Assembly: GCF_030144855.1 (NCBI RefSeq)
Contig: NC_082713.1
Location: 146,506,001-146,570,000, forward strand
DNA from: Hypanus sabinus
Taxonomy: Eukaryota
Direction: 5' to 3'
Length of the DNA stretch: 64,000 nt
In this document: piece by piece, positions 11,479 through 64,000 of the stretch
How the letters are laid out: each line of letters opens with the position of its first letter
Position numbering within the stretch: position 1 is the stretch's first letter
Notes under the pieces: model-generated
Told to the model about the DNA's origin: nothing
Seen by the model: only the letters and a program-made list of their open reading frames with translations
The model's database searches: none
Made by a program: the position numbers and the translations under genes

Positions 11479-13469
11479 GGAAACCACTTGTTTTCATCTC
11501 TTCATGGGGATCCTGCCCTTCCTCCGCACCATGACGGATTGGTTGTGAAATTGTGACTGACGCTTTTTACTAGAGTTTTAGAGTTTCTCTGGGGACCTCT
11601 TGCTGATCAAGCGCGGTGCCAAGGATGGGTTGGACAGTTTGTTAGGAAGGAGAATGAAAGGCATTCACATCAAAGACAGAATTGTTGTGAACTTGAGCTT
11701 TGAAGTTTGCCTTCCAGCGGGCACTGACTGAGAAGCTTTCCTTCTTTCTTAGGCTGGAACTCGGTAGGGTAGGGCCTTAGGTATTTCAGCCGTATGTGGA
11801 CTTGACAACACCAAAGAATTCATACGTCATAATTATCAGCAAATTATTGGGCTTCCTGTACCATTTCCACCCATGATCTGGTTTTTTTCTGTTGTTGTGT
11901 CACAGGTTTTGCCTTTAGGACACAGTGGGTCGAATTTTTTTTACGAGGAATGGTGGATCTTGCCCACAGCAGCCACCTTACGTCTAGGTTTAATTGGTCT
12001 CTCCATGAGAATATTTAATCTGACATCTCATTTCTGAGTATAAATAATATTAATTGTAGTTTGAACACCTATAGTATAAAGTCATGAAAATATTAGATAT
12101 TGATTCTTTAATCATGCAGAATTCCAACAAGGCTGGGCCATAATCTGATTCGACAAGCAAATCAATACTCATTAAATGCATCTCAAAATAGAATGAAGTG
12201 GGTCAGGAGGAAAGAGTAAATTAAAGAGAAAAAGGCATGAAGATTTTACACTCAGTCAGTGGATTACCATGTGGTATGGTGATCTATCATGAATACAGGT
12301 TTTTTGCAGAATCTGTCTTGAAAGGACAATTACTAATTAAGAAGAGGTAAGATTTTATTTGTTGAAGATGTACTGTTTTTTTAATATAAATAGAAAAACC
12401 TCCTGTAACATCTCTAGAAATAATATACAAACTTTTCTGTTTGGTGTGGTGTGCAGCAATATAGCTCTTGCTTTGGAATAGTTTGTGTTGAAAGCTATTG
12501 TCAATCTGACGACAGAGGACATCATACTGGCTCTGGTGTCAGCCTTGATCACTCGCATCTAGTGTATAATCTACTTCAGATACATTGTAAGCCTTTTCTA
12601 TATTATTACCTTGCACCCTTCCAGTTTGTGAAAAGAATGGGTTAGATCGGGAGGAAACATCCTGTTAGAAAACCTAACTTTAACCTTGCATGGGGAGACT
12701 TTTCGTCATTTTTCTAACTTTTCTGATAGATGTTCTGAACAGAAATTAGTTTTCTTTATTATTCTTAAGAAATGTATTAAATTTCACCATTATGTTTCAT
12801 CTTACCTGCTTGTTATAATTTAAATGTTAGTCATATAATAGTCAAAGTGACAACTGGTACATTTACAAACTGTGTATTTCCCCATGTCCTAAGAAAGGGA
12901 GGTAGGCGAGAGCTTTGTCAAGCAGCTCATATCTCCTATGAAGTGAAATTTACATTATTATTCATACTGTGTATTGGTGAGATTTTCTAGATTTAACAAT
13001 TAACATGTAGACTCTAATGGATGTCTATCACATGCTTGAATAAATTTCATGATTGAGAGGTAATAGCTTATCAAACTAAAACAATGACTTAAAATTATTA
13101 CTGAAATTTATTTGCAAATTATACAATTAATAGCTGAATTAGACAGTAGTGTATCAGCAAGTACTTAAAAAGCATTGACTTCGAACAATTCACATGTAGG
13201 TCTAATTGTTCCTTTATGGTAAACTAAAATAATTTTGGCTGGTGAATTCTATGGAAATAATTTCTCAGTTAACATCAATCAGTGCTGTTAATTGTCAAAG
13301 TTGATATGAGACTGAGATAGCTTCAGACATGCTGTAAAAGCTATCTCTTTGGAAAAGTTTTTTAAAGAAAGCAGCAGGCCAGGAATGAAACACATGCAAG
13401 CGCTGCTTGCATTTCCACAATAAGAAAGTAACTTAACATTCGGAAGAGTGTGCAAAGGATGACTCAGGA

Positions 13470-13985
13470 GCAGGAACAGCGCACACAGTCACACAGCCTG
13501 CTTTGCCATTCAATAAGATCATGGCTGATCTGCTTGTAACTTAAAATCCACAAACTCACCAAAGTCCTGTAGCCTTTCATTCCATTAGCTTATCAAGAAT
13601 ATACTAACTCTGAATTAAAATTATTCAGTCCTGTAGCCTTTCATTCCATTAGCTTATCAAGAATATACTAACTCTGAATTAAAATTATTCAGAATCTGAT
13701 TTCACTGTTCTTTGAAAAATAAAATTCCGAAGACTTCCAAATATCTGAGAAGGAAAAGCTCATCTCTGTGTTAAAGAATAGCTCCTTATTTTTAAACAGT
13801 GACTCCTAGTTTTAGATTCTTCCACAGGAGGAAGCATTCTATCCACCTATCAAGATCCTTCAGGATCTTACATGTTTCATTCATATCCCCTCTCCCTTTT
13901 TTAAAATCCCTCAGATACATGCCTAGACTCTCCACTTACTCACATACTGTCTAGTAAATCTTCTCTGGGCTGCCTCAATGCATTA
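13470..13985 (-). mobile_element. Old CR1 3' fragment carrying an internal 64-bp tandem duplication
   Basis: cattcaataagatcatggctgatctg tail and RT 3' remnants similar to the other CR1 copies. Confidence 0.65.
13563..13692. repeat. Perfect 64-bp tandem duplication
   Basis: agtcctgtagcctttcattccattagcttatcaagaatatactaactctgaattaaaattattc x2. Confidence 0.95.
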
Positions 13986-14519
13986 TTGCCCTCTCGTTTA
14001 CACTTAGGCTAATACAGTAATGCAATCTCAGCAATGTCCTGTATCATTGGAAGAGCATTCAGATTGTTACTGGGAATGTCAGGGCCATTCATGGGAGAAC
14101 ACAGAACCTTGTTTAAGCAGTAAAAGGAGCATGATTTAGTCTCAACGGCACCTCCTGCCCCGTCTGTCGAATGGTTTGCATTTCCATCATTGGCATCACC
14201 GGCTACCTCAGAACATAATAATCTGCTGTGGAATAAAGTCATTCCTGATGCTATAGGACAACCAGAGAAGAAAGCAAAATATCTGAAGCATAGTATTTCT
14301 GTTGTAAAATACATTAGTACCAGCAATGATCAAGAACATTCTGTTTGCAGCGCTTGCATAGTTGTCTTTTGTGACTCATACGCCAGGACATGCGGATCCC
14401 TCTGCTTCTCAGAATTGTGTATCTGTTATTTCACCCCAGAAAGGAGGTGAAAATAAAGTTCATAGAGATGAGCTTTATGTTTCCCATGCCCATCATCATC
14501 ATCAGTTGGACTGAAAAGG

Positions 14520-14905
14520 CAGGGTGCTGGGACCGGAGGTGAGGGCAGGGCCCGTTCTGCTCACTGCTCTGTGACATTTGTTTCACTCTCCGCTGCTTTG
14601 AGGCTGTGAGCCTTAACCAGTTGCTCCAATCTTCGAGTCTGTGAGCTCCGCTGTGCGAAGAACTGAGGCTGAGACTGTACGCGGGCCCCGGCTGCTCCAA
14701 GCTTCATGTCAACGGACTGATTGCTGCTGCTTGCTTTTATGGCGTGCATGATCTGCGGTTTTCCCCCTCTCTGTGCATTGGGTGCTAGCTGGTCTTTTAT
14801 AATGGGTCCTTTTGGGATTCTTGTTTTGTGGCTGCCAGCAAGGAGATGTATCTCAAGATTGTATAATTCAAAATACTTTGATAATAACTGTACTTTGAAC
14901 TTTTT
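14520..14905 (+). mobile_element. Non-autonomous retroelement with a Rex1/Babar-type tail
   Basis: Ends ...tctcaagattgtata...tactttgataataactgtactttgaacttt, the same tail as the Rex1-like LINE end at ~38700-38760. Confidence 0.5.
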
Positions 14906-16392
14906 TTGACCATCGAAACATACAGTGAAGTGTCATTTGCAATGAATCAAATCGGCAAGGATTGCGCTGGCATCCTGCAAGTGTTGCAATACTTCTGGCT
15001 GCAAAAATGTCTTGCTTTGTGATTAAAAGAATGCCTCAGTAATGCTTTATAAATAAATACATACGTCTGAGAAAAGTAACATACAAAAAGACACCCTATT
15101 CGAGAGAAAGATCTGGAAATTATTTTCTAACTTCCCAGCGGATCAAATCTTGTTCCGGCAAATAATTCTAGTGGTAATCATTCCATGCAGTATTTATGGT
15201 TATACAAGGTGACCTCTACAAGAAATAGCTGAAAATTTCACGACAGACCCATTGTATGCAGACAGGTATCCATTATATACACCATCATCATTTCCAGCCA
15301 TCCACTGTCCCTAGACTGGCAACTGAGTCACAACAGGAAGAAGTTATCAGGACATTGCAGGAATGTCAACCCTTATTTAAAAAAAAACTTTGTTGTGGAA
15401 ACCAACTTTGAAAGTAGGAAATGAATCCCAGAAAACGAGATGACAGAATCATAAATAAAAACAAAAAATGCTAGAAACACTCAGTAGCTCATACAAGGGC
15501 TCTTCGACCTTAAACATTAACCGTTTTCTTTCCATAGATGCTGCCTGACCTGCTGAATACCTCCTACAGTTTTTTATTTTGACTTTAAAGTTGGGAACTT
15601 TGCTTTCATGGATATTTAATGTTTATTTTTCAAATCCAGAATATTGACATTATTGGAATCTTATCGAGGCAACCCTGGTTTAGGACTGTGAAGAAGTTAC
15701 TTATGTACATACCTTATCATAATGGAAGACTTGATTGAAAGTTTTTACTGGGCTGGGTTGTAAAACGTTTTCTTATGGTGACTCTAAACAGGCTGAAGCA
15801 AGCTACGCTCACTGATCCAATAAAACTTGATGGAAGGTATTAGGACCATGACTTGCAGATATAAATTCAGTTCCTCTGCACTTAGTTCCAGTAACTTCAT
15901 GGGTTAATAATTGTTTTTGTTTCTGATGCTAATCTAGCCCCTTTACAGTATCACTACTGTCTCTATTACTTATAAGGTTGTCAAGTTAAAATAAAACCTG
16001 CCACAATATTGGCAGTGCAGAAATCCCTATGAGGCTGAGTTGTCTGATGTGTTACATCAGATTTCAAATCTCTCCGTGCCCGTTTTACTGCAGCTCAGTT
16101 GTTTTCTGACATTTTCTTTGAAGGCCAAGAACTTGCTGGAGTCTGTGATTTGTCCTTCAAGTGGGGCTGGGATGTTAAAAATATACCTGGGTCTACTTGA
16201 GGAGATATCAATTTCTGCCCCTCCCAACTAAAGTAAACAAAAAAGGGATTACACTTATGTTAACAAAATCTTTCTTTTCTTTTCAGACTTCCAGTAAGAA
16301 GTGAAACCTTAAGGGAAAAGCCCTTGATCCCAGCAAAAACTGTCAGATAGTGCAGGAGATTGATAAGTGGAAGGCCAATGTGAAGTAGCTGA

Positions 16393-55194
<38,802 letters not shown>

Positions 55195-55372
55195 GGGCTC
55201 ATTGTGTAAAACAACAGCTTTATTCCATCCACCAGCCACCCTTCCCCACTTCAGCGATTTCACAGTAATCCACATGTTGAATTAGATTGCACAGTTAATT
55301 TGGGGTTTGTTGGACTAAACTGGTTTCAGTTACAAAAAAAAATGTCATTTTGGTAAATTCTGCCTGATAAAC

Positions 55373-55959
55373 ATTAAACATTCAATTTTCACACTGTGCA
55401 ATAGTATTGTGGACAAAACTACTTCTTTCACTCTGCCCAACAGAGATGCTGCACACCATGAGGCTTTTTGTCTTCATTTTTCACATATAGTATCGTTATC
55501 ACCAAAGGAAGAAAGTATGAAACATCCCTGTGGATAACCATCTGCTGTGATCATCGTGAAGATTCTCTAATATTAGCAGGGAATAAGAATAGTTAGATTT
55601 TCTTTTGTTCTTCTCAGGATGTATAAATGGGTATCTTCTCATTAGATCTTTTCACAGATGCACATTCTTGATACCCAATTATGACCTTTCCCCTATATTA
55701 CAAAAGAGATCAGACATTCAGGAAAATATTATGTTCTTGCTAAATGCCTTCAACGTTGATATATTTAGATATTTGCTCTCATAAAAAGAAAGTGAATAAG
55801 TTAATGAAGTAAATGTCGACGTACATTTATATTGTAAGGAACACAAAAACACATGCTTCCTGCTGTGGTATTTATAGAAATCTGTGACAGAGGCAGGAAG
55901 GCAAAGCTGCTGACAAAACCAAAGTTTAGAAACACAAATACTGGAAGTCTGAAAATAAA
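55373..55959 (+). terminator. Candidate polyadenylation signals of the transporter 3' UTR (ATTAAA 55373-55378; AATAAA 55954-55959)
   Basis: Hexamers in unique sequence downstream of the stop codon; usage unknown. Confidence 0.3.
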
Positions 55960-57094
55960 CAGAAAAACATGAGGAATGTACAGTAAGTCAGTTACCAATT
56001 TGTGGGTCCCAGTGTGCTGCCTGGTCACTGGTGGATCAAGCAATATTGAGCAGTCAAGTTGAACTATCCAAAGAAATGACTTGAAGACTTCTGAAACTTT
56101 GGCAAATCTTGTTCCTACTGGCAATTCACAGAGATTTTTCTCATTCATTGATGCATCGAGGTTTTAATAGAAGATAGTATATATACTTCTGGTTAAAAAA
56201 AAGCATCCAGAAGTCAAAGTGGTTGTGAACTGAGTTTGGATACTCAGAGACTATGAAAGGAAATTCTAATTAGTAGCCAGTCCATGTAGTTTTCTTTAAA
56301 TGACACATCAGCATGCTCTATAAAGTTTACCAAACCCTCTTGATAACCTACCCAAGTTTGATTTCCAGTGATTATTTGGAATAGTTGCTTTATAAATCTG
56401 AATTTTAAAATGTAAAGAAATGGTAAATATATTTATCTGAATGCGATAGTGTAACAGATTCTGAGCAGCAATGTTTTTTGCATGAATTTTGGAACTGAAC
56501 TACAATGCAAGACTTGAAAGACTTGCACTTGGCAACAAATAGTGAAAAAGAGCCACAATTTCCTTCACCACATAGCAAAGATTTTTCCACCTAACAGATC
56601 GACTGAATCAAAGTAATTTGGGAAATGATGAAATAGAGCAAGAAGCTCCAGAAAGGATTAAGAACAGCACTGGAATTCTTAATGACAGAAAAGTTATTTA
56701 AAGAAAAGCAAAAGACTGTACATGCTAGGAAAGTAAACATTTCAGTTCTGTGCAAACATTAAAACTGGGGAGCAATATCAGATGTACAAAAAACACGTTT
56801 GAAGAACTTTCCCAAAGAAAGAGAAAAACAAGTATTGACCTCATTAACTGAAACATAAACAGGCCATTATGCAGCAGGCATACTGATACAGAGACTCCAG
56901 TTTTATTCAGTTCCTATTGGATGATAGTAAGAACATTCCCAGAACTTGGATAAGTGGACAAAATGCATGAATAGAGTTTGTTTCCAACTCTTCTGTCCTA
57001 AAAGAAGACAGATGTCTAGGATCTCTTAAACAAACAACTTTTTTTCAGGTCCCTGTGTTGCAAAAAAATTGTCTAAAGCAGGCCACATTAAGGA

Positions 57095-57670
57095 AGCAGA
57101 GGTGTATAAAACCCTGAGGGTATAGACAGGGTGAATGCTCAAAGTTTTCCTTCCCCCATGATGGGGAACTAAAATCTAGATGGCATAGTTAGGAGGTTGA
57201 TGCACCATCAATAACTCTCTCTGAGACGTGAAGTCGAGATATCGGATTTTATTGACTGGAAGAAAGAACAAGCAGTAGTTGACCACCATACTACATCCTG
57301 GAGAATGAGGGCCGGGCTCAGGCCTCGATTGCATTTATACTGGGGTCAGTGGGAGGAGCCACAGGAGCAGTCAGCAGGGGGTGTGTCCAGACAGGTATAT
57401 GTAGTTCACCACAGAGGTAAAAAGGTGAAAGATCGAAAAAGGAACTAAGGGGGCAGCTTCTTCATGCAGTTGATGGTGTGTATATGGAATGAACTGCCAG
57501 AAAATATGGTTGAGGCAGATAATAACATTTAAAAGACATTTGGATAACTACATTGGTCATTGGGATTTAAAAGAATATGGGCCAGTTGCCCATAAATCGG
57601 ACTAGTTTGGTTGGACCAAGGCTGAGTTGGACCACAGATCCTGTTTCTAAGATATATTACTCTATGACTG
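57095..57670 (+). mobile_element. CR1 3' fragment interrupted by a solo LTR
   Basis: VYKTLRGIDRV...WNELPE...FKRHLDNY and a gactctatgact tail. Confidence 0.75.
57198..57413 (-). mobile_element. Short solo LTR (family copy 4)
   Basis: Reverse complement of TGTGGTG...CATCA; exact TSD GAGGT. Confidence 0.88.
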
Positions 57671-58839
57671 ATTATTTCACTACTACTAATCACTTCAAGT
57701 ATTCGACACACAGCCTCAGATTAAGTGATTGTTTCTATGCATGAATGTTCCTAACTTTGTCATTCTTAGCCAAACATACCTGCTGCTTCCTGAGTTCAAA
57801 TCATTAAGTCAACTCCTCCAAGTGACCAGATTCGATTCTTGTGACTACTGTTCCAAAGTTCATACCTTCTGCTCTTTATCTTCACTGTCCGCTTGCTTGA
57901 GCATGTGATCAGCCACATGATCATTACATAAGAACACAGGAACTTAAGGAATTCGTGCAGGAGTTGGCCACCTGACCAGTCGAGCCTGCTCTAGCATTCA
58001 ATAAAATCATGGCTGATGTGACCATAGATTTAGCTCCAGCTTTCGCCCCACAACCTTTAATCTCCTGCTATGCAAAAATCAAATTAATTATGTCTTAAAT
58101 CTATGAATATGTAAAGCATGCTCACAGTACTGCCTAGACACTTCAACCATATTTATTTGTTGTTATCTTATCATGTAGGCTTGGCCTATTAGCTTCTGAT
58201 GTGAACAATTTGTTTTAGATTTAGCTCAGATTTTCCTTTATCAGTTCTTTGATGAATTGTAAATTGTTCCTCAGTGTTCAGAAAACAGGGCAGCATAGTC
58301 CAAGATTTTTACCTAGTGGCTTTCCATAGCTGTAGCTTACATTTTGAAAGCATCTGTCCTGTTTACTCATCTGGGAGATTGGAGCATAATTCCGTAGGAG
58401 CCCTGTATGGAGCAAATGATGCGTCCAGTGTGAGAGAAGTGTGTTCAATGAGCTCACTATTTTCCTTTATTCCACTCTCACATACATTCAGCTGTCAGGT
58501 GAGCGTAAAACTCCCCACTTTCTATTTTTAGTCTCTGTTTGAATGAGTGGAGTGTGGCCAGGACAGCGTGGGAGTATTTTGTTTGGCCTCGGATTCCCTG
58601 AGGTGAGGAAGGGAAAATGTGACGAAGGCATAAAGTGAGAACAGGATTGGGGCCACTTCTCTCATTCGGATAAATTATACCTTTACGTAAGCATAGGCTG
58701 CACTTTCATATGAGTTTATTAACATTTAATTTTTTTATTTCAAGGTATTTTGAGCTATAAGTCATTCTTCAAAAAAAATGGCAGAATTGCACAGAAGGAA
58801 GATGGTGCCAATAGAGAATAGATTTACTACTGTGATATA

Positions 58840-61220
58840 GCAGTTGAATATGTGGCTAAAGAATTAAAGCAGGGCGCAAGGTTTCAGATTTGTGGATCAT
58901 TGGGGTCTCTTTAGGGAAGGTATGACCTGTACAATAGGGATGGGTTAAACGTGAACTTGAGAGGGGCCATTACCCTTATGGCAGGTTTGCTAGAGCGGTC
59001 GGGGTGGGATTAATCTAGTTCGGCAGGGGGGTGGGAACCACAGGGATAGAGGATGGAGCAATTGGTGTACAGTTAGATACATCATGTAAAGAGACGGCGA
59101 GGAAAGATGGGCAGTTAACAGGGCAAATTTGCAGTCAGTTGGTTAGTTTGAAGTGTGCCTATTTTAATGCAAGAAGTATCAAGAGCAAAGGTGATGAACG
59201 CTGAGCATGGATCAGTACATGAAACTACGAGGCTGTGGCCATTACAGAGAACTGGCTGTCACAAAGGAGGGAATGACTGCTAGATGCTCCGGGGTTTGGA
59301 TGTTTCATAAGGGACAGGGAGGGAGGTAAAAGAAGTTGGCGGGTGGCCTTGCTAATCAGGGATAGTATTACAGCTGGAGAAAGCAAGGACATCATGAAGT
59401 GTTTGTCCACTGAGTCTGTATGGGTGGAGGTCGGATACACGAAGGGAGCAATCACTCTTAAGGGAATATTCTACAGCCACTGCCCAAGAGACACTGAGGA
59501 TCAGGTTGGGAGGCTGATTTTGGAAAGATGCAAAAATAACAGGGTTGTTATCATGGGTGTCTTCAACTTCCTTAATATTGATTGGCAGCTCCTTAGTGCC
59601 AGAGGTTTAGATGGGGCAGAATTTGTTAGGTGTGCACAGGAAGGATTCCTGATTCAACATATAGACAGGCTGACTAGAGGAGAGGCCATACTGGATCTGG
59701 TAACAGGCAATGGACATGCTCAGGTGATAGATCTCTCAGTGGGTGGGCATTTCAGAGAAAGTGACCAAATCTCCCTGACATTTACCATAGCCTTGGACAG
59801 GGATAGGACCAAATGATACGGGAAAGTATGTAATTAGACAAGAGCAAATTATGACGGTATTAGGTAGGATTGCCTTTGAACCTTTGAACTTGGAATGTGA
59901 ATTGGGTACTCAGGGATATGCACGATAGAAATGTGGAAGGTGTTTAGGGAACACTTGCATGGGGTTTTGAATAGATTTGCTCCATTGAGAAAGGGAAAGG
60001 ATGGTAAGGTGAAGGAACCATGGGTAACAATAGATGTGGAACAACTGGTCATGAGGAAGGAAGGTTTAAAGTTTAGGAAGCAAAGATCAGACAGGGCTGC
60101 AGACAGAATTATGAGGTAGCCAGGAAGGAGCTTAAGAACGTACTTAGGAGAGCTAGAAGAGGACATGAGAAGGCCCTGGTGAGTAGGATTAAGGAGAAAC
60201 CCAAATCGCTTTATACATAGTGAAGAACAGGGGGGTGATGAGAATGAAGGTAAGACTGATGATGATTAAAAGAGGACGTATACCTATTGAAGGAGGTAGG
60301 GGAGGCCCTTAATGAAGTTTTTGCTTCAGTATTCACCAAAGATAGGAACCTTAATAAATGTAAGGACAGTGTAAAATTAATACACTGAAATGTGTTGATA
60401 TTAAGAAAGGGGATGTGCTGAAACTTTTGAAAAAAAAGATAGATAAGTCTCTGGGGACCAGATGGTATATCCCAGGTCACTACAGGAAGTAAGGGAAGAG
60501 ATTGCCGTGTCTCTGAAGTTGATCTGTGTGTCCTCACTGGCGAAGGGAGTAGTACCAGCAGAATGGAGGGTGACAAAAGTTATTCTATTTTTCAAGAAAG
60601 GTAGTAGGGATAATTATGGCAATTTTACAGCACTGAGTCTTACAACAGTGGCGAGAAAACTGTTGGACAGGACTCTCAGAGACAGGAGTTATGAGCCTTT
60701 GGAGAAACACCATCTGATTAGGGATAGTCATCAGAGCTTTGTGAGGCAAAGGTCGTGATTCATGAGCCTGATTGAATTCTTTGAGGAAGTGACAAAACAA
60801 ATTGATAAAAGTAGAGCAGTGAATGTGGTATGTATGGATTTTAGTGAGACCCTTGACAAGTTGCCCTGTGTAGGGTCATTGAGAAAGCCAGGAGGCAGGG
60901 GTTCCAGGGACACTTGGCTATGTGGATTCAGAATTGACTTGCCCACAGTGGTACTAGATGGTGACTATTCTGCTTGAAGGTTGGAGACCAGAGGTGTTCT
61001 GGTACCCCTGCTCGTTGTGATTTTTATAAATGACTTGGATGAGATAGTGGTACAGCGTGTAAGTAAACTTGTAGATGACACAAAGGTTGATGGTGTTGTG
61101 GATAATATAAAAGTTACAACAGGACATTGACAGGATGCAGAGCTGGGCTGACAATTGGCAGATGGAGTTCAAGCTGGAAAAGTGAGAAGTGATTCATTTT
61201 GGAAGGTCAAAATTGAAGAT
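58840..61220 (+). mobile_element. CR1 LINE (end of ORF1, endonuclease, RT), degenerate
   Basis: YFNARSIKSK, VAITENWL, TESVWVEV...VIMGVFNFLNIDW...TRGEAILDLV, LIEFFEEVTKQID...VVCMDFS, VDDTKVDG, WQMEF. Confidence 0.92.
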
Positions 61221-61550
61221 GCTCCATCAAGTACAACTGTAGATCTGAGATTGATAGATTTGTATTATCAAAAGCTTTTAAGAGATGTGGGGGGAAAGTT
61301 GACTATGTAGAGTTAGATAATTCTGGACTCATTTCATTGAATGGGCCAAGTGAACTTCTCCTCTCCCTATCTCTGGATGTACCTTTGTTTCCTAAAATTC
61401 TTTGGTGGTTGTATTTGGAACAGAGAATAGTTAGCATGGGGAATACCACCCCAAAAAGGACCAATAACAGTATTAGTACAAAACTGACATACCGACAGGA
61501 AGCATTGAGTAAGCATTTTTCAGACTGATTGGAATTACAGAATGGAGATG

Positions 61551-62100
61551 ACACACTCATGGGCCACTTTATTAGGTACACCTGTATGCCTGCTCGTTAA
61601 TGCAAATATCTAATCAGCCAATCATGTGGCTGCAGCTTAATGCATTAAAGCATGCAGACATGGTCAAGAAGTTCAGGTGCTGTTCAGACCATACATCAGA
61701 ATGGAGAAGAAATGTGATCTAAGTGACATTGACTGGAATGATTGTTGGTGTCAGACAGGGTGGTTTGAGTATCTCAGAGACTGCTGATCTCCAGGGATTT
61801 TCATGCACAACAGCCTGTAGAATTTACAGATTGGTGCAAAAAACAAAACAAAAACATCCCGTGAGTGGCAGCGCTGTGACTTAAAATGCTTTGTTAACGA
61901 GAGATTTTAATGAGAGGTTAGAGGAGAATGGCCAGGCAGGAAGGTGACAGTAACACAAATAATGAAGTATTTCAACAGCGGTGTGCAGAAGAACTGGTGT
62001 TTTTCAGACTGATTGGAATTACACAATGAATACACATTGAATGTGGAAGTGGATGGGTTACAGCTGCAGAACATACACTCATATTATTAGATACATGGGA
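61551..62100 (+). mobile_element. Tc1/mariner-derived non-autonomous element (copy 2)
   Basis: cactcatgggccactttattaggtacacc terminus; MEKKCDLSD...MIVGVRQGGLSISETADL HTH remnant. Confidence 0.82.
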
Positions 62101-62384
62101 TTCCCTCGGTGTCAATATTAGAGGCACAGGTGTTTTTGTGCAATAATTGCCTTGACCTGGCTACACAAGTTTTGGTTTGCAAAAACTTTGTAAAAGATCT
62201 GTCACTTGGAAATGTAACCTGTAATGAAGAGATAGTAAATGACTTCAGATAAAATTTGCCACAATAGTAGGCACATTCCATTAAAACTGTCAGTATGGCT
62301 TTAGGAGTGCCTCTAGTCAGATAGAATTGCTCTTGATATCATGGAATCCCAGAGCTAAGCACAGTGATTGGTTTGAGCTCTACT

Positions 62385-64000
62385 GCAGTGCAGCACAAGA
62401 ACAGGACCTTTGGCCCAAAACATCGTGTCAAAGTAATTTCATTAGTAATCAAATGACCAACTAGACTAATGCTTACATAATGTCCATATGCTTCCATTTC
62501 CTGCATATTCACCTGCCTATCGAAGAAACTCTTGAAAGCTTCCATTGCATTTGCCTCCAACACCTCCCCAGCACTCCCCACCCTCTGTGTAAAAGCATCC
62601 ACCCAGCACGCCCCTTTGAACTTAACCCCGTCTCGCCTCAAAAGCTCTGGGGGAGAAAGATACCAGCTGCCTACACTATTTATGTCTCTCATAATCTTAT
62701 AAATATTTATATATATCCCCCTCAGACTTTGGAACTCCAGGTAAAACAACTCAAGTCTGTCCATAATCTAGACGCCATTCTGCTAAACCTCTTCTGCGAC
62801 CTCTCCAAAGCTTCAACATTCGCCCTATAATGGGGCAACTAAAACTTCAGCTGTGACCGAACTTGAGCTTTGTAAAGCTGCAGCATAACGTCCTGACTCT
62901 TGAGCTCACTTCCTGAACTAATAAAGACAAGCATGCCATATATCTTCTTAACCACACTATCAACCTGTGTAGACAGTAACAGGTAGCAGGCAAATTAGCA
63001 CGGTCCACATCCTACTCCTTGGTAAACACAGTTCAAAGTACTCTTTAGGACCTCACCTACATCCTCTACATCCAAGCACATATTCTCTCCTTTATCCTTG
63101 ACTTGTCATCCCAGCTCCCTAGTTATCCTCTTGCCCTTGATGTATGTACAGAATGCCTTGGGATCCTCTTTGACTACTTGCGAAGTAGTTTCCCGTGCTC
63201 CTTCTGGCATTCCTAATTCCCTTCTTGATTTCCGTTCTGGTTTCTTTATAATCCTGTAAAGCTCTGGTTGATTTTAGTTTCCTAAACCTTACATCCACTT
63301 CTTTTCACTTCTTGACTAAGTTCACCATGGCACTTGACTTCCAAGGTTCCCTTACCATGCCATCTTTGTCCTTCCTTCTAACTGGATTACCCAGCACCTG
63401 CCCTGTACTCTGTGCAGTTACTTGTAATAAACTTCCACATGTCAAAAGTGGACTTGCCTAAAAACAGCTGCTCCCAATGAACCCTTCTTAGTTCCTGCCT
63501 GACATACTCGTAATTTGTCTTGCTCCAATTCAATAGGCTCCCACAAGCTCCAGAACTATTCTTATCTACAGTTATCTTAAAACTGAAGGAGTTGTGATCA
63601 CTGTTCTTAACTGTTCTCCCACCAGAAGTTTAGTCACCTGGCCAGGCTCATTACTCAAAACCAGGTCCAATATGACCCCTCCTATTGTTGGACTATCTAC
63701 ATATCGATTTAGGAAACCCACCTGGGTGCACCTAACCTTTTGCCCCATCTAAATCCCTTTTTCACAAAGGGGGTCCCAGTCTATATTCGGGAAGTTGAAG
63801 TCAGCCACAACAACAACTCTTGTTTTTACACCTTTCCTTAATCTGCCTGCACACCTGTTCTTCAATGTCCTGATAGCTATCAGGGGAATGCGTAGTACAA
63901 TCTCATCAGAGTAGTTGCACCCTTCCTATCTTTCAGTTCTATCCATCGAGAGTTGTTGAATCCTCCATTATGTCCTTTCTGAATGCAGCAGTGATATTAT
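62385..64000 (-). mobile_element. CR1 LINE fragments (3' end and endonuclease region)
   Basis: Minus DRLELFYLEFQSLRG...YKIMRDI...FTQRV; endonuclease remnants at 63600-63990. Confidence 0.85.

Larger units (their letters stand above)
4370..11990 (-). mobile_element. Degenerate RTE-clade LINE in pieces (~4370-5545, 10278-10700, 11480-11990), interrupted by the chromovirus and a CR1
   Basis: Minus strand SVKTGAKQGYVIA (RT motif VKTGVKQGCVIAP) near 5420, YRGVSL near 10330, and HIGLIDHFR-like C-terminus near 4460. Confidence 0.65.

Noticed and set aside
58270-58830. Possible first exons of a downstream gene (splice-like sites near 58270, 58499, 58602, 58744)
   Set aside because: No recognisable coding homology or consistent frame; cannot be supported without transcripts.

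Overview
Vertebrate genomic DNA, about 40% GC by eye. The repeat content (CR1, Rex1/Babar, V-SINE and Penelope-derived tails) suggests a cartilaginous fish, probably a ray; this is inferred. The window holds one complete + strand gene: a 14-coding-exon SLC6A1/GAT1-type sodium/chloride-dependent GABA transporter (16393..55194, 1797 nt CDS, 598 aa, all introns GT-AG). Its divergent N- and C-termini suggest an slc6a1-like paralogue. The rest is dense, nested transposable-element debris. This includes a decayed full-length Tf1/sushi-type chromovirus that still shows a self-priming primer site, and a 51-bp x19 minisatellite built from two non-adjacent CR1 ORF2 segments in the first coding intron. 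There are also four ~210-240 bp solo LTRs with 5-bp TSDs, a 712-bp solo LTR, Penelope-derived tails with minimal hammerhead cores (some folded into palindromes), Tc1 and hAT remnants, and many CR1/RTE/Rex1 LINE fragments. Exon coordinates were read base by base. Boundaries of old TE fragments are approximate. No database searches were run.
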